DNA of 64,000 bases, taken from the NCBI GenBank assembly GCA_965248675.1, contig CBDFJZ010000007.1, positions 161,119 through 225,118 of the forward strand. Reading direction: 5' to 3'. The DNA is from Dehalococcoidia bacterium (lineage in GTDB: Bacteria; Chloroflexota; Dehalococcoidia; UBA2979). Of this stretch, positions 1-9,564 are shown in pieces. The translations under genes and the position numbers were made by a program. The notes beneath the pieces were generated by a model. That model had not been told where the DNA came from. It was given only the letters and a program-made list of their open reading frames with translations, and did not search any database. Positions within the stretch are counted from its first letter, which is position 1. Every line of letters begins with the position of its first letter.

Positions 1-483
1 CGCCACTACTTCCGGATTATCACGACAGTCAATTCCAGCGCTTCGAGTTCGCAGAGGTGGCCTCGGCAGAGTACGAGCGGCTCCGAAGCGCCTTCGCGCT
101 CGACCAGACGGTGAGAGCTCTTTCTGATGTGGTTCGCCAGGACCCACCGTTCATCGAAACGCGCTCGCTGTTGATTGCTGCGCTATTGGAGTCGCTAACC
201 AAGGCGTACGCGACCGACCGGGGACACAGTTGGAAGTCCTACCGGGGGGGGACTCAACCTGATGTTGCAGGGGATCTTCGCTCCATCGACTACCAAGCGG
301 ATCAAAGACACGCGCACCGCGATGGTGCATTCGGTGACGGCCGGAGCGGATTCCCGAGACTACTTCGTGATGCTGGGCGCTCTCAGGCTAGGGCTCCTGA
401 AGTCATTGGGGTTCCGTGGGCCGATCTTCCATCCGTGGCGCTTGGACACGATCATGGACTTCCCGCCAAACCAACCGTTGTAG
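1..483 (+). pseudogene. 5'-partial hypothetical gene whose frame breaks at a G8 homopolymer (244-251). The downstream part carries an Rx4H motif (RTAMVH) reminiscent of HEPN RNases.
   Basis: The frame of ORF 57..518 stays open back to the window edge and reads protein-like only up to the G-run. ORF 262..483 (+1 frame) reads protein-like after it. Removing one G fuses the two. The family guess rests on one short motif. Confidence 0.35.
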
Positions 484-778
484 CTAGCGACCTTCGCTCA
501 GCTGATCGCTCGACGTGAACGGCGCAACATCGCGCGCTTCAACGATGCGCCCGGCGTGGACCGATCCGCTCCCTGGCGCGGGATCAGGAGTACGTCGGCC
601 TCGAGGTTGATACCGCTGTCAACCAGCCACTCTTCCAGCTCCTGTTGACGGGTCGTCACGTCGCTTCGGCCGCACGGATTCGCTCATTTGTTCGAGTCTA
701 CTCGCAACTCCTGACTGAACGGCGTATTCTGCCTGCCCCGGTCCAAAACTCAAGCTCTCCCCGCTAAGGACCGAGCAC

Positions 779-1093
779 ATGGGAATCGTGATCGAGTGGC
801 GCGGTGATCAGTCCGGGCCGGTGGTTGTGTGCGACCACTGCCAGCAACAAATCGCAGAGGCGGCAGACGGCAACGCGCAATGGCAAGAGCCGTCTGGTGA
901 AGCGCTTGGAGTCGGGAGGCGCGAACTCTCGTTCACCCACAAGCGCTGCTACGACGCTTTCTCTCGTGACGGCGCTGGGATTCAATGGCTCTCTCAGGAA
1001 CTTGAGGCTTTTCTCTGGTTCCTCACGAACAACATCGATTACGACCCCGACGCTGGCGAGCAGAGCGCCCGTGGCGCGGCGATGCTGGGCTGA
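779..1093 (+). CDS. hypothetical protein (104 aa)
   Basis: ATG-initiated ORF with a protein-like, non-repetitive composition. The overlapping antisense ORF 764..1189 is Arg/Pro/Ala-rich, typical of a non-coding frame. No family recognised. Confidence 0.4.
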   Translation: MGIVIEWRGDQSGPVVVCDHCQQQIAEAADGNAQWQEPSGEALGVGRRELSFTHKRCYDAFSRDGAGIQWLSQELEAFLWFLTNNIDYDPDAGEQSARGAAMLG

Positions 1094-1149
1094 GGTCGCC
1101 GTTGTCCCACCCTGGTCAATGTTCGCGCAGTCGCGCGGGAAGGCTAGCG

Positions 1150-1323
1150 ATGCAGTCGAAGTGTGGATTCTGCGACACGGCACTGACAAGCGGTGGCTTG
1201 GTGGAGCTCCTGCGGCCGATCGTCCGCGCCCCGGGCGAGTCGCTCAACCTGGATCCGGCCGTTGCCGTCCTCTCCTGTCCGTCTTGCAAGGCGGTGCTCG
1301 GCACGACTGTGCTTCTGAAGTAA
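1150..1323 (+). CDS. small zinc-ribbon-like protein (57 aa from the internal ATG)
   Basis: MQSKCGFCDT...SCPSCKAV: two CxxC pairs spaced ~40 aa apart. The start was chosen at the ATG inside ORF 1102..1323. Confidence 0.35.
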   Translation: MQSKCGFCDTALTSGGLVELLRPIVRAPGESLNLDPAVAVLSCPSCKAVLGTTVLLK

Positions 1324-1419
1324 GCGGTATAAGAGGCTCCCTATCCGCCAGTTCGGCGAGCTGGTGGACGGGCGCCGCCGCGCAGCCCGTGGGAACCTCC
1401 GGCGATTCGGGGCCCGCCT

Positions 1420-1995
1420 ATGAGCGACCTCATACTCTTCGTTGCCGCGACGGCGGTCGGAACTCTGATCGCAGGGCTCGTCTTGGAGCATTTCGGGCGG
1501 CTGAGAAACGTCCTTGAGATCCCGGTTCTGGTCGCCCACGGGACGCGGGTCGTCACTAGCGCAATGTGGCAGCGGCTTTTGGCTCTGCGCTACCTCCGGC
1601 TGAGGATCGATCGGCCCGCGTCGGACGACGCGACGGGAGAAACCCTGCCGAATCTATCCGAACTCGTTCAAGACGGTTTTCTTTGGCGGGTCACGAGCGA
1701 AGGTCTGGACTTCACTGTAGAAGTCTCACCCTACTGCCCAGCGCACCTGACGGGAGTCGGCTACCAGCCGGTCCCCCGATTCGGAGGAACATCGCCAGTC
1801 GAACGGATCGCAAGCGATCAAATCGATAACCCATATCAAGGCCGATTCTGGTGCGACGGCTCAGGTGCGTCGGACGACCACAAGATCGATGCTCCGGCGG
1901 GGCAACGGTACGGCGAGATGAGGAGACGGGCGGAGGCCATCATCAGCGGGCGCCGGCGGCGAGCCGTGAGCCTGCCGAAGGAGGAGCCCAGGTAA
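1420..1995 (+). CDS. hypothetical protein with an N-terminal transmembrane helix (191 aa)
   Basis: ORF 1420..1995 has a hydrophobic N-terminus (LILFVAATAVGTLIAGLVL) followed by a soluble part with Cys/His residues. No family recognised. Confidence 0.4.
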   Translation: MSDLILFVAATAVGTLIAGLVLEHFGRLRNVLEIPVLVAHGTRVVTSAMWQRLLALRYLRLRIDRPASDDATGETLPNLSELVQDGFLWRVTSEGLDFTVEVSPYCPAHLTGVGYQPVPRFGGTSPVERIASDQIDNPYQGRFWCDGSGASDDHKIDAPAGQRYGEMRRRAEAIISGRRRRAVSLPKEEPR

Positions 1996-2406
1996 CACTC
2001 GCCCCGGGAAAGGAGCTATGTCGACGAGAGGCGCCGATCGCCGCCTTCAATCAGAGCGGTGCGGCGATGGCGGATCGGTCATCCTGACGAGCGGCCGGGG
2101 CGGCCCGCGAAGGGCTCTGTCGGACGAGGGTCAATACGGCTGACCGCGACGATCGCCGCGATCAGCGCGAGGTTGAGCAGACCAATTCGCGCCACCACAA
2201 GCGCCCCCGTCCGGGCGCATCCTACGAGCTACGCGAGAGGTGCGGACTATGTGCTGGACAGCTTGAGGTGTCGCGACGCATTCGACGAGCACCAACCAGC
2301 CGTTCGAGTTTCGTGCCGTCAGAGTCGCCCCGATGCGTTGAACGGGGTGGCTGCCTATACTCGAAGTTCGAGCGCTGACCCCCATGCACCTCCCCGGAGC
2401 ACGCCC

Positions 2407-3330
2407 GTGCAGGGCCGCGACTTGACTTCGATTCTTGACCTCTCGCCCGAGGAGCTGGCGCGCGTGCTGGACGTGTCGCTGGGGATGAAGCGCGACGGCG
2501 CGGGGCCGATGCTGGCCGGAAAGACGCTGGCGCTGGTGTTCGAGAAGCCCTCGCTGCGGACGCGCGTGTCGTTCGAGATGGCGATGCGGCGGCTCGGCGG
2601 GAGCGCGATCGCGCTGCCGCCGCACGAGATCCAGATGGGCGATCGCGAGCCGGTGAAGGACGTGGCGCGCGTCCTCTCGAGGATGGTGCACGGGATCGCC
2701 GCGCGGACCTACGCGCACGAGACGGTGCTCGAGCTGGTCGAACACGCCTCGGTGCCGGTCGTGAACGCGCTGTCCGAGGCGGAGCACCCGTGCCAGGCGC
2801 TGGCGGATCTGCTGACGCTGCGCGAGCGGTTCGGCGACCTGCGCGGGGTGTGCTGGACCTATGTCGGCGACGGGAACAACGTGGCGCGGTCGCTCGCGTA
2901 CGCCTCGGTGATGGCGGGGCTGCGGCTGACGATCGCGACGCCGCCCGACTTCGCGCTGCCGGAGGAGGACATCGCGCGCGCCTGCGCGCTCGACGGTGGC
3001 GGCTCGGTCGTCCAAACGACGGACGCGCACGCGGCAGTGCGCGACGCCGCGGTGGTGTACACGGACGTGTGGGCCTCGATGGGGTTCGAGGACGAGCTGG
3101 AGGACCGCAAGGAGCACTTCCAGCCGTACCAGGTCAACGCGGAGCTGATCGCCTCGGCGCCCGCGGACGTGCTCGTGATGCACGACCTGCCGGCGCACCG
3201 CGGCGAGGAGATCAGCGACGCGGTGATCGAGTCCGAGCGGTCGATCGTGTTCGATCAGGCGGAGAACCGGATGCACGCGCAGCAGGCGCTGCTGGCGCTA
3301 ATGCTGGCGGAGACGCCGCCAGACGCCTGA
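2407..3330 (+). CDS. argF: ornithine carbamoyltransferase
   Basis: In-frame GTG at 2407 within ORF 2059..3330 gives ~307 aa. Motifs seen: KPSLRTRVSFE (SxRTR carbamoyl-phosphate site), HPCQ, DVWASMG, and HDLPAHRGEE (a variant of HCLP). Confidence 0.9.
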   Translation: MQGRDLTSILDLSPEELARVLDVSLGMKRDGAGPMLAGKTLALVFEKPSLRTRVSFEMAMRRLGGSAIALPPHEIQMGDREPVKDVARVLSRMVHGIAARTYAHETVLELVEHASVPVVNALSEAEHPCQALADLLTLRERFGDLRGVCWTYVGDGNNVARSLAYASVMAGLRLTIATPPDFALPEEDIARACALDGGGSVVQTTDAHAAVRDAAVVYTDVWASMGFEDELEDRKEHFQPYQVNAELIASAPADVLVMHDLPAHRGEEISDAVIESERSIVFDQAENRMHAQQALLALMLAETPPDA

Positions 3331-3333
3331 TCA

Positions 3334-4236
3334 TTGACGCCTGCCTTCAGGCGAGATCCGCAGGGACGACGGATCGAACGGAGAGTGCCCGCAGTGCCGG
3401 ACGGCGTCAGCGACGTACTTGCGCGAATCGATTTCGCGGCGGTGATCGACATCTTCATCGTCTCGCTGGCGATCTACTGGCTGTTGCTGCTGATCCAGGG
3501 GACGACGGCGATGACGGTGCTGCGCGGCGCCGCGGTGCTGCTGCTGGGCGCCTTCATCCTGAGCCGGATTCTCGATCTGCGGATGCTGAACTGGATTCTC
3601 CGCAACTCGCTGACCGGTCTCGTGCTGGCCGTGCTCGTCATCTTCCAGCCGGAGATCCGACGTGCGCTCGAACGCCTCGGACGGACCGGGCTGCGCTCAG
3701 TCCTCGGACGGCGCGAGCACCGCGACGCGATCGACGTGGTGGTGCGCGCCGCCTCGAGGCTCGCGCGTACCCACACGGGCGCGCTGATCATCATCGAGCG
3801 GGAGACCGGGCTGCAGGACGTGATCGATACGGGGATCCCGACGAACGCTACGCTGAGCGTCGAGCTGATCGCGACGATCTTTCATCCGAACTCACCGCTG
3901 CACGATGGCGCCGTCGTGGTCCGCGACGACCGCGTGCTTGCCGCCGGATGCACGCTGCCGCTCTCCGAGGCCGATCTGCCCGCCGACTACGGGATGCGGC
4001 ACCGCGCCGCGCTCGGGATGGCCGAACGCACCGACGCCGTCGTGGTCGTCGTCTCCGAGGAACGCGGAACGACGTCGCTGGCCTCGAACGGCCGGATGGC
4101 GCCGGATATCGATGAGGTGCGGTTGAACCGACAGCTGCACCGCCTGTTCGGCCTGGAGCTGGACGAACCGACGTGGCGGCGGCGCCGAGCGGCGCCGCCG
4201 CCACGTCGGCCATCGAGCGTCGGACGACGTAGGTGA
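3334..4236 (+). CDS. cdaA: diadenylate cyclase CdaA (membrane-anchored DAC domain)
   Basis: Three N-terminal TM helices followed by a DAC domain with DGAVVV and RHRAALG motifs. The start is uncertain (TTG at 3334, with an alternative GTG ~50 nt downstream). Confidence 0.85.
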   Translation: MTPAFRRDPQGRRIERRVPAVPDGVSDVLARIDFAAVIDIFIVSLAIYWLLLLIQGTTAMTVLRGAAVLLLGAFILSRILDLRMLNWILRNSLTGLVLAVLVIFQPEIRRALERLGRTGLRSVLGRREHRDAIDVVVRAASRLARTHTGALIIIERETGLQDVIDTGIPTNATLSVELIATIFHPNSPLHDGAVVVRDDRVLAAGCTLPLSEADLPADYGMRHRAALGMAERTDAVVVVVSEERGTTSLASNGRMAPDIDEVRLNRQLHRLFGLELDEPTWRRRRAAPPPRRPSSVGRRR

Positions 4237-5513
4237 GCCGGCTCGACGCGACGGAAAACCGCCTGCGCGAGACGTGGGAGCTGGCGGTCGAGGCCGGACA
4301 GCGGTCGTTACGGACGGTTCGGGGGACGCCCGGGCTGTTGATGTTGTCCGCGCTGCTCGGCGTCAGCTTCTGGGTGTTCGTGACCGAGGAGGAGAACCCG
4401 ACCCGTGTGGACGACCTCGGGACGCCGTTGTTCGTCCAGAGCTTCAACGTGGAGCCAGGGCTCGCGGTGGCGAACCAGTTTCCCGCCGTCGAGCTGACGC
4501 TCGCCGCGCCCGAAGAACGCTGGGAGGAGATCGCGGGGGGCCTCGGCTCGTTCAGGGCGTTCGTCGATCTCAACGGGATCACCGAGCGCGAACAGGAAGT
4601 GACCGTTCAGATCGAGATCGACGGCGTGCGCGGCGTGCGCGTGGTGGAAGTGAGTCCGGAGAAGGTGACGGTCAACCTCGAGGACCTCACGTCCGTCGAG
4701 GTGCCGGTACGCGTGCGCCCGGTCGGCACGATGCCCCTCGGCTACGAACTGCGAGACACGAGCATGGGTGCGCCGACCGTCACCGTGACCGGCCCGGAAT
4801 CGCTGGTCAGTCGAGTCAGTGACGCCGTCGCCGACCTGAACGTGACCGGCCTGACCCACGGCGTGGACCAGACGGTCACGCTGATCCCGCGCGGCGCGGG
4901 CGGCGGTGAGATCCGAGGCGTGACTCTGGATCCGCCGGCGCTGCGGGTCGCCGTGGACATCCAGCCGAGCACGCTCGTGCGAGCGCTCGCGCTGCGGGTC
5001 GAGGTGGAGGGGGCGCCGGCTTCGGGCTACCGCGTGGTGAACGTGATCGTCTCGCCCGCGACGATCACCGTGGAGGGCACGCTGGAGGCGATGCAGCAGA
5101 TCGACGCGATCGATCTCGATTCGGTTGACGTCACCGGCGAACTGACCGAAGTGACACGCGCGCTCGCCGTCGATCTGCCACCAGGGCTCACGACATCCGC
5201 GAGCCGAGTGGTGACGGTGGTCGTGCAGATCGCACCGATCGAGGGCGACTTCACGATCTCGCTCGCGCCGGAGGTGGTCGGCCTCGCCGGCGGCCTCGTC
5301 GCCGAACTCGGCCTCGAGACAGTCGACGTGACGTTGAGCGGACCGCTCCCGCTGCTCAGCCAGCTGACCGCGGACGACCTCCCGCTGACGCTGGACGTGG
5401 CGAACCTCGAGGCGGGGATCCACGAGCTGAGCCTCGAGATCGCGCTGCCCGAAGGGGTCGTTCTTCAGGCGCTGCAACCAGAAACGGTGTCGGTTACGCT
5501 AACCGCTGGATGA
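4233..5513 (+). CDS. cdaR: YbbR-domain protein, CdaA regulator
   Basis: GTGA overlap with the cdaA stop. N-terminal TM helix followed by repeated YbbR-like beta-rich modules (V.V..P..V.V.G). The cdaA-cdaR gene order is conserved. Confidence 0.8.
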   Translation: MSRLDATENRLRETWELAVEAGQRSLRTVRGTPGLLMLSALLGVSFWVFVTEEENPTRVDDLGTPLFVQSFNVEPGLAVANQFPAVELTLAAPEERWEEIAGGLGSFRAFVDLNGITEREQEVTVQIEIDGVRGVRVVEVSPEKVTVNLEDLTSVEVPVRVRPVGTMPLGYELRDTSMGAPTVTVTGPESLVSRVSDAVADLNVTGLTHGVDQTVTLIPRGAGGGEIRGVTLDPPALRVAVDIQPSTLVRALALRVEVEGAPASGYRVVNVIVSPATITVEGTLEAMQQIDAIDLDSVDVTGELTEVTRALAVDLPPGLTTSASRVVTVVVQIAPIEGDFTISLAPEVVGLAGGLVAELGLETVDVTLSGPLPLLSQLTADDLPLTLDVANLEAGIHELSLEIALPEGVVLQALQPETVSVTLTAG

Positions 5514-6877
5514 CCGAACCGCCCGATCCTTCGTCGAACGCGCAGGTCCCGCTGATCGCGATCGTGGGCCGGCCCAACGTCGGCAAGTCCGCGCTCTTCA
5601 ACCGGTTGACCCGCACCCGCGCGGCGCTGGTCGAGGATCTGCCAGGCACGACCCGCGATCGCAACTACGGCGAACTCGATTGGCAAGGCCAGCGGCTGCG
5701 CGTCGTCGATACCGGCGGGCTGCTCGGTGACGAGCCGGAAGAGCTCGGCCCGCTCGTCCGCGAAGCGGTCGAACGCGCGATCGACGAGGCGGACGCGCTG
5801 CTCTTCGTCGTGGACGGCGTGGACGGGCCGACCGCGCCCGATCACGAGATCGCGGCGATGCTCCGCCGCGCCGCGCAGCCGCTGCTGCTCGTCGCGAACA
5901 AGGGTGACGTCCGCCGTAGCGCCGAACGCCTCGACGAGTTCTATGGCCTCGGGTTCGGCGCGCCCCACGCGGTGTCGGCGATCCACGGCAGCGGCGTCGC
6001 CGACCTGCTCGACGAGGTGCTCGAGATCGTCGGTCACGTCCCCGTCGAGGCGCGCAATGAGGGCGGCAAGATCGGCGTCGCGATCGTCGGCCGGCCGAAC
6101 GTCGGCAAGTCGTCGCTGGTCAACGCGATCCTCGGCGAGCAGCGGACGATCGTCTCCTCGATCCCCGGTACGACGCGGGACGCGATCGACACGCGCTTCG
6201 ACTTCGAAGGGCACGAGATGCTACTCGTGGATACCGCCGGCATCAGGCGTCGCGGACGGGTGGAACGCGGCGTCGAGCGGCACTCGGTGCAGCGAGCCGA
6301 GCGGGCGATCGATCGCTCGGACGTCGTGTTCCTGCTGATCGACCAGGGGGAGCTGCTCACCGCGCAGGACACACACATCGCCGGTTACGTGCAGGACCAG
6401 GCGCGGGGACTGATCCTGGTTGTCAACAAGTGGGATCTGGCCGAAGATCGGTCCGAGCGCCCGAACGTGGCGCGCCAGGTCGACCAGCGCTATCGCTTCG
6501 TTCCGTGGGCGCCCGTGATGATGACCTCGGCGGTCAGCGGGGAGGGGATCCGCGATCTCCTCGAGCTGGCGGTCCACATCGCCGCCGTACGCGAGCGCCG
6601 CGTGCAGACCTCGGAGCTGAACCGGGTGATCCGACGGGCGATCACCTCGCATGGGCCACCGACGATCCGCCACAAGCGTCTGAAAGTGCTGTACGCGACC
6701 CAGGCGGAGATCGCGCCGCCGACGTTCGTGCTGTTCGTGAACGACCCGGCGCTCGTACATTTCTCCTACCGCCGGTACCTGGAGAACCAGCTCCGCGAGG
6801 CCTTCGACCTCGACGGAACCGGCATTCGGATGGTGTTCCGGAAACGCTCCGAGGACCGCATGGAGGCATCGGCGTGA
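5510..6877 (+). CDS. der: ribosome-biogenesis GTPase Der/EngA
   Basis: Two tandem G-domains, each with GRPNVGKS and DTGG/DTAG motifs plus NKxD (NKGD, NKWD), and a C-terminal KH-like domain. ATGA overlap with the cdaR stop. Confidence 0.95.
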   Translation: MTEPPDPSSNAQVPLIAIVGRPNVGKSALFNRLTRTRAALVEDLPGTTRDRNYGELDWQGQRLRVVDTGGLLGDEPEELGPLVREAVERAIDEADALLFVVDGVDGPTAPDHEIAAMLRRAAQPLLLVANKGDVRRSAERLDEFYGLGFGAPHAVSAIHGSGVADLLDEVLEIVGHVPVEARNEGGKIGVAIVGRPNVGKSSLVNAILGEQRTIVSSIPGTTRDAIDTRFDFEGHEMLLVDTAGIRRRGRVERGVERHSVQRAERAIDRSDVVFLLIDQGELLTAQDTHIAGYVQDQARGLILVVNKWDLAEDRSERPNVARQVDQRYRFVPWAPVMMTSAVSGEGIRDLLELAVHIAAVRERRVQTSELNRVIRRAITSHGPPTIRHKRLKVLYATQAEIAPPTFVLFVNDPALVHFSYRRYLENQLREAFDLDGTGIRMVFRKRSEDRMEASA

Positions 6878-7500
6878 GCATCGTGATCACCGTCGTGATC
6901 GGGTACCTGCTCGGGTCAATCCCGACCGGAGTGCTGATCGGGCGGCTGGCGGGCATCCGTGACGTCCGCGAGTACGGCTCGGGCAAGACGGGCTTCACGA
7001 ACTCGCTCCGCACGCTCGGCATCCGCTGGGCGATCCTTGTGGTGATCGGAGACGTCGCGAAAGGCGCCGCACCGGTGCTGATTGGCCGCTTCCTCTTCGA
7101 CGAACCGATGGCCGCGGCGCTGGGCGGGGTCGCCGCCGTGATCGGTCACACCTATCCGCTGTTCGCCGGGTTCCGAGGTGGACGGGGCGTCTCGACCGCG
7201 CTCGGGGCCTTCCTTGCGGTGTCGCCGCTGGCCGCGCTGGCCGTGCTGGCGGTCGCGCTGATCGTGTTGGCGGCGTTCCGTTACGCCTCGTTGATGTCGA
7301 TCGTCGGCGTGCTTGTTGGGTGCCTCACCATCGTCGGGCTGGTGATCGTCGATCGCGCAGCGCAGCCGTACCTCGTGTTCGCGCTGCTGACGACGTTCGC
7401 GGTCGAGCTGAACCACCTCGGAAACATCAGGCGCCTGATCGCGGGCACCGAACCGAAGCTCGGGCAAGGCGGACAGCGCCGCGATCCGAGCGGCGCCTGA
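6874..7500 (+). CDS. plsY: glycerol-3-phosphate acyltransferase PlsY
   Basis: GTG at 6874 overlaps the der stop (GTGA). ~208 aa polytopic protein with GSIPTG, GSGKTGFTN and GHTYPLF motifs. Confidence 0.9.
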   Translation: MSIVITVVIGYLLGSIPTGVLIGRLAGIRDVREYGSGKTGFTNSLRTLGIRWAILVVIGDVAKGAAPVLIGRFLFDEPMAAALGGVAAVIGHTYPLFAGFRGGRGVSTALGAFLAVSPLAALAVLAVALIVLAAFRYASLMSIVGVLVGCLTIVGLVIVDRAAQPYLVFALLTTFAVELNHLGNIRRLIAGTEPKLGQGGQRRDPSGA

Positions 7501-7511
7501 CGCGCCTGATC

Positions 7512-8513
7512 ATGGCGGGACCGGTTCGCAACGCCGCAGTGATCGGCACCACCGCCTGGGGCACCACGCTCGCGGTGCAGCTCGCGCGCAACGGGGTCGA
7601 CGTCACGCTCGGCGCGCGGTCGGCTGAGGAGGCCGATGCCCTCGAGGCCGCGCGGGAGCACCGAGGGCGGCTGCCGGGGGTGGCGTTTCCCGAGTCGTTG
7701 CACGTCGCGACGATCGCCGCGGCGGTACGCGCCGCCGATCTCGTCTGCGTCGTCGTGCCTTCACACTCGATGGCCGAGAACCTACGTGCGCTCAGGCAGA
7801 CGATCGCGCCCAGCGCGACGATCCTGAGCGCGACCAAGGGGATCGAGGTCGAGACCGGCCGCCGGATGTCCGAAGTGATCGCGGCTGAGCTGCCCGGGCA
7901 CCCAATCGCCGTGTTGTCGGGGCCCAACCTCTCTCGGGAGGTTGCCGCGGGATTGCCGGGCACGACGGTGATCGCCTCCTCGAGCGCAGCGGTCGAGCCG
8001 CTGCGCGACGCGTTCCACTCGCGAACGTTCCGGGTCTACACGAGCGCCGACGTGGTCGGGGTGGAGATGGGTGGCGCGCTGAAGAACGTCGTCGCGATCG
8101 CGGGCGGGATCGTCGACCACCATCAGTTCGGCAACAACGCGAAAGCGGCGATCCTCACGCGTGGCCTCGCGGAGATCACTCGGCTCGCGGTCGCCACCGG
8201 CGCCGACCCGCTGACCCTGCAGGGCCTGGCCGGCGCCGGCGACCTGATGGCGACGGCGTACAGCCCGCTCTCGCGTAACCGCCGGCTCGGCGAGCTGCTG
8301 GCGGACGGCACCTCGCTGACCGCCGCGCTCGAGGCGATCGGCGAGACGGCCGAGGGGGCGCGAACGGTGCCGGCGGCGCTCCGGCTCGCCGCCGAGCTGT
8401 CGGTCGACATGCCGGTCACGGCCAGCCTCGACGCGATCATGTACCAGGGTGTCGCGCCGGCGGACGCGATCGAGGCGCTGATGGCTCGCGAGCCGACGAG
8501 CGAGCTGCGCTAG
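7512..8513 (+). CDS. gpsA: NAD(P)H-dependent glycerol-3-phosphate dehydrogenase
   Basis: ATG at 7512 within ORF 7320..8513. Motifs: N-terminal Rossmann region AVIGTTAWGT, GALKNVVAIAAG-type motif (GGALKNVVAIAGG), AGxGDL. Confidence 0.9.
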   Translation: MAGPVRNAAVIGTTAWGTTLAVQLARNGVDVTLGARSAEEADALEAAREHRGRLPGVAFPESLHVATIAAAVRAADLVCVVVPSHSMAENLRALRQTIAPSATILSATKGIEVETGRRMSEVIAAELPGHPIAVLSGPNLSREVAAGLPGTTVIASSSAAVEPLRDAFHSRTFRVYTSADVVGVEMGGALKNVVAIAGGIVDHHQFGNNAKAAILTRGLAEITRLAVATGADPLTLQGLAGAGDLMATAYSPLSRNRRLGELLADGTSLTAALEAIGETAEGARTVPAALRLAAELSVDMPVTASLDAIMYQGVAPADAIEALMAREPTSELR

Positions 8514-8544
8514 GCGGCCTCGCCGCAGCCGGTACACTTGACCC

Positions 8545-9564
8545 GTGACCGAGCCCGAGCCTCCCTCGATTCCAGACGACGACGAACCGGAAGCGGAACA
8601 GCCGTCGGCGGACGACGTCCTGGACCAGCTCGAGGCGGGCTGCGACGACTACAGCTCGCTGCGTTCGCTGACGGAGATCGGCGACGCGCAGCTCGCGCGG
8701 CTGATGGGGCTGTGGCCGCATTTCACGGCGGAGCGGCGGCGCGAGTTGCTCGCGAAGCTGGACCAGCTGGCGGGCGAGGAGGCGGTGCTCGACTTCCACC
8801 GCATCCACCTCTCCGCGTTGCATGACCCCGACGTCGCGACGCGCATCCTCGCGGTGCGCGGGATCGCGATCGAGGAGCGTCCCGACTATCTGCGGGTGCT
8901 CAGCGACCAGCTCGAACGCGACGAGGCGGCGTCGGTGCGCGCGGAGATCGCGGACGTGCTGGGCAAGTGGGTGGTGAGCATGGAGTTCGGTCTGCTGTCC
9001 GACGAGGACACCGAGGAGCTCGAGGTCGCGCTGACCAGCCGGATCCACGACGAAGAGGAAGACGAGGAAGTACGCGGTCGCGCCCTGGAGGCGATCGGCG
9101 CGTCCTCGGAGGAGACGATCGGCGAGCTGATCGGGGAGAGCTACGAGGTCGGTTCGCATCGACTGCGCGTGGCGGCGATCCGGGCGATGGGACGCAGCGC
9201 CTCCGAGACGTGGCTGCAGATCCTCGTGTTCAACTTCGACGATGACGACGCGGACATCCGATCGGCGGCAGCGACGGCGGCCGGCGCGCTGCTCGTCGAC
9301 GAGGCGGTGACGCCGCTGGGGATGCTGCTCGACGACCGCGAGACGGAGGTCCAACTCGCGGCGATCGAGGCGCTCGGCGAGATCGGCGGCGAGGAGGCGG
9401 AGCGGATCCTGACGCGCCTGCAGCGTGAGACGCCGGATCCCGAGATTCGCGAGGGCGCCCTGGGCGCCCTCGCCCAATCGCAGCTGCTGAGCGTTCCGAT
9501 CCGCGACGACGGACCGGCCGAGCCCGATTTCAGCGACGGCGGGTTCGATGGCCCGAGCATCTGA
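8545..9564 (+). CDS. acidic HEAT-repeat protein
   Basis: Recurrent HEAT/PBS-lyase-like helical repeats (VRGRALEAIG, RVAAIRAMG, IRSAAATAAG, VQLAAIEALGEIG, IREGALGAL) and a strongly acidic composition. Confidence 0.7.
   Translation: MTEPEPPSIPDDDEPEAEQPSADDVLDQLEAGCDDYSSLRSLTEIGDAQLARLMGLWPHFTAERRRELLAKLDQLAGEEAVLDFHRIHLSALHDPDVATRILAVRGIAIEERPDYLRVLSDQLERDEAASVRAEIADVLGKWVVSMEFGLLSDEDTEELEVALTSRIHDEEEDEEVRGRALEAIGASSEETIGELIGESYEVGSHRLRVAAIRAMGRSASETWLQILVFNFDDDDADIRSAAATAAGALLVDEAVTPLGMLLDDRETEVQLAAIEALGEIGGEEAERILTRLQRETPDPEIREGALGALAQSQLLSVPIRDDGPAEPDFSDGGFDGPSI

Noticed and set aside
498-659. Minus-strand ~53-codon ORF with a NucS/PDDEXK-like N-terminus.
   Set aside because: It is too short and degenerates after ~28 residues. 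It is kept only as context for the accessory-patch finding, not as a feature.
2017-2200. A short plus-strand ORF after an AAGGAG (2017-2145), and a possible ~40-aa hydrophobic minus-strand ORF upstream of argF.
   Set aside because: Both are below reliable size. The Shine-Dalgarno spacing is too short for the first, and there is no clear start for the second. No supporting motif was found.
2131-3276. Long antisense or out-of-frame ORFs overlapping recognised genes. Examples: 2131..3276(-), 4308..5477(-), 10733..12208(+), 24693..26177(-), 56104..57540(-), 58640..60049(-), 8437..9477(-).
   Set aside because: Their translations are Arg/Pro/Gly/His-rich low-complexity strings. They lie opposite or out of frame to genes with clear family motifs. 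This is the usual stop-codon scarcity of high-GC DNA.
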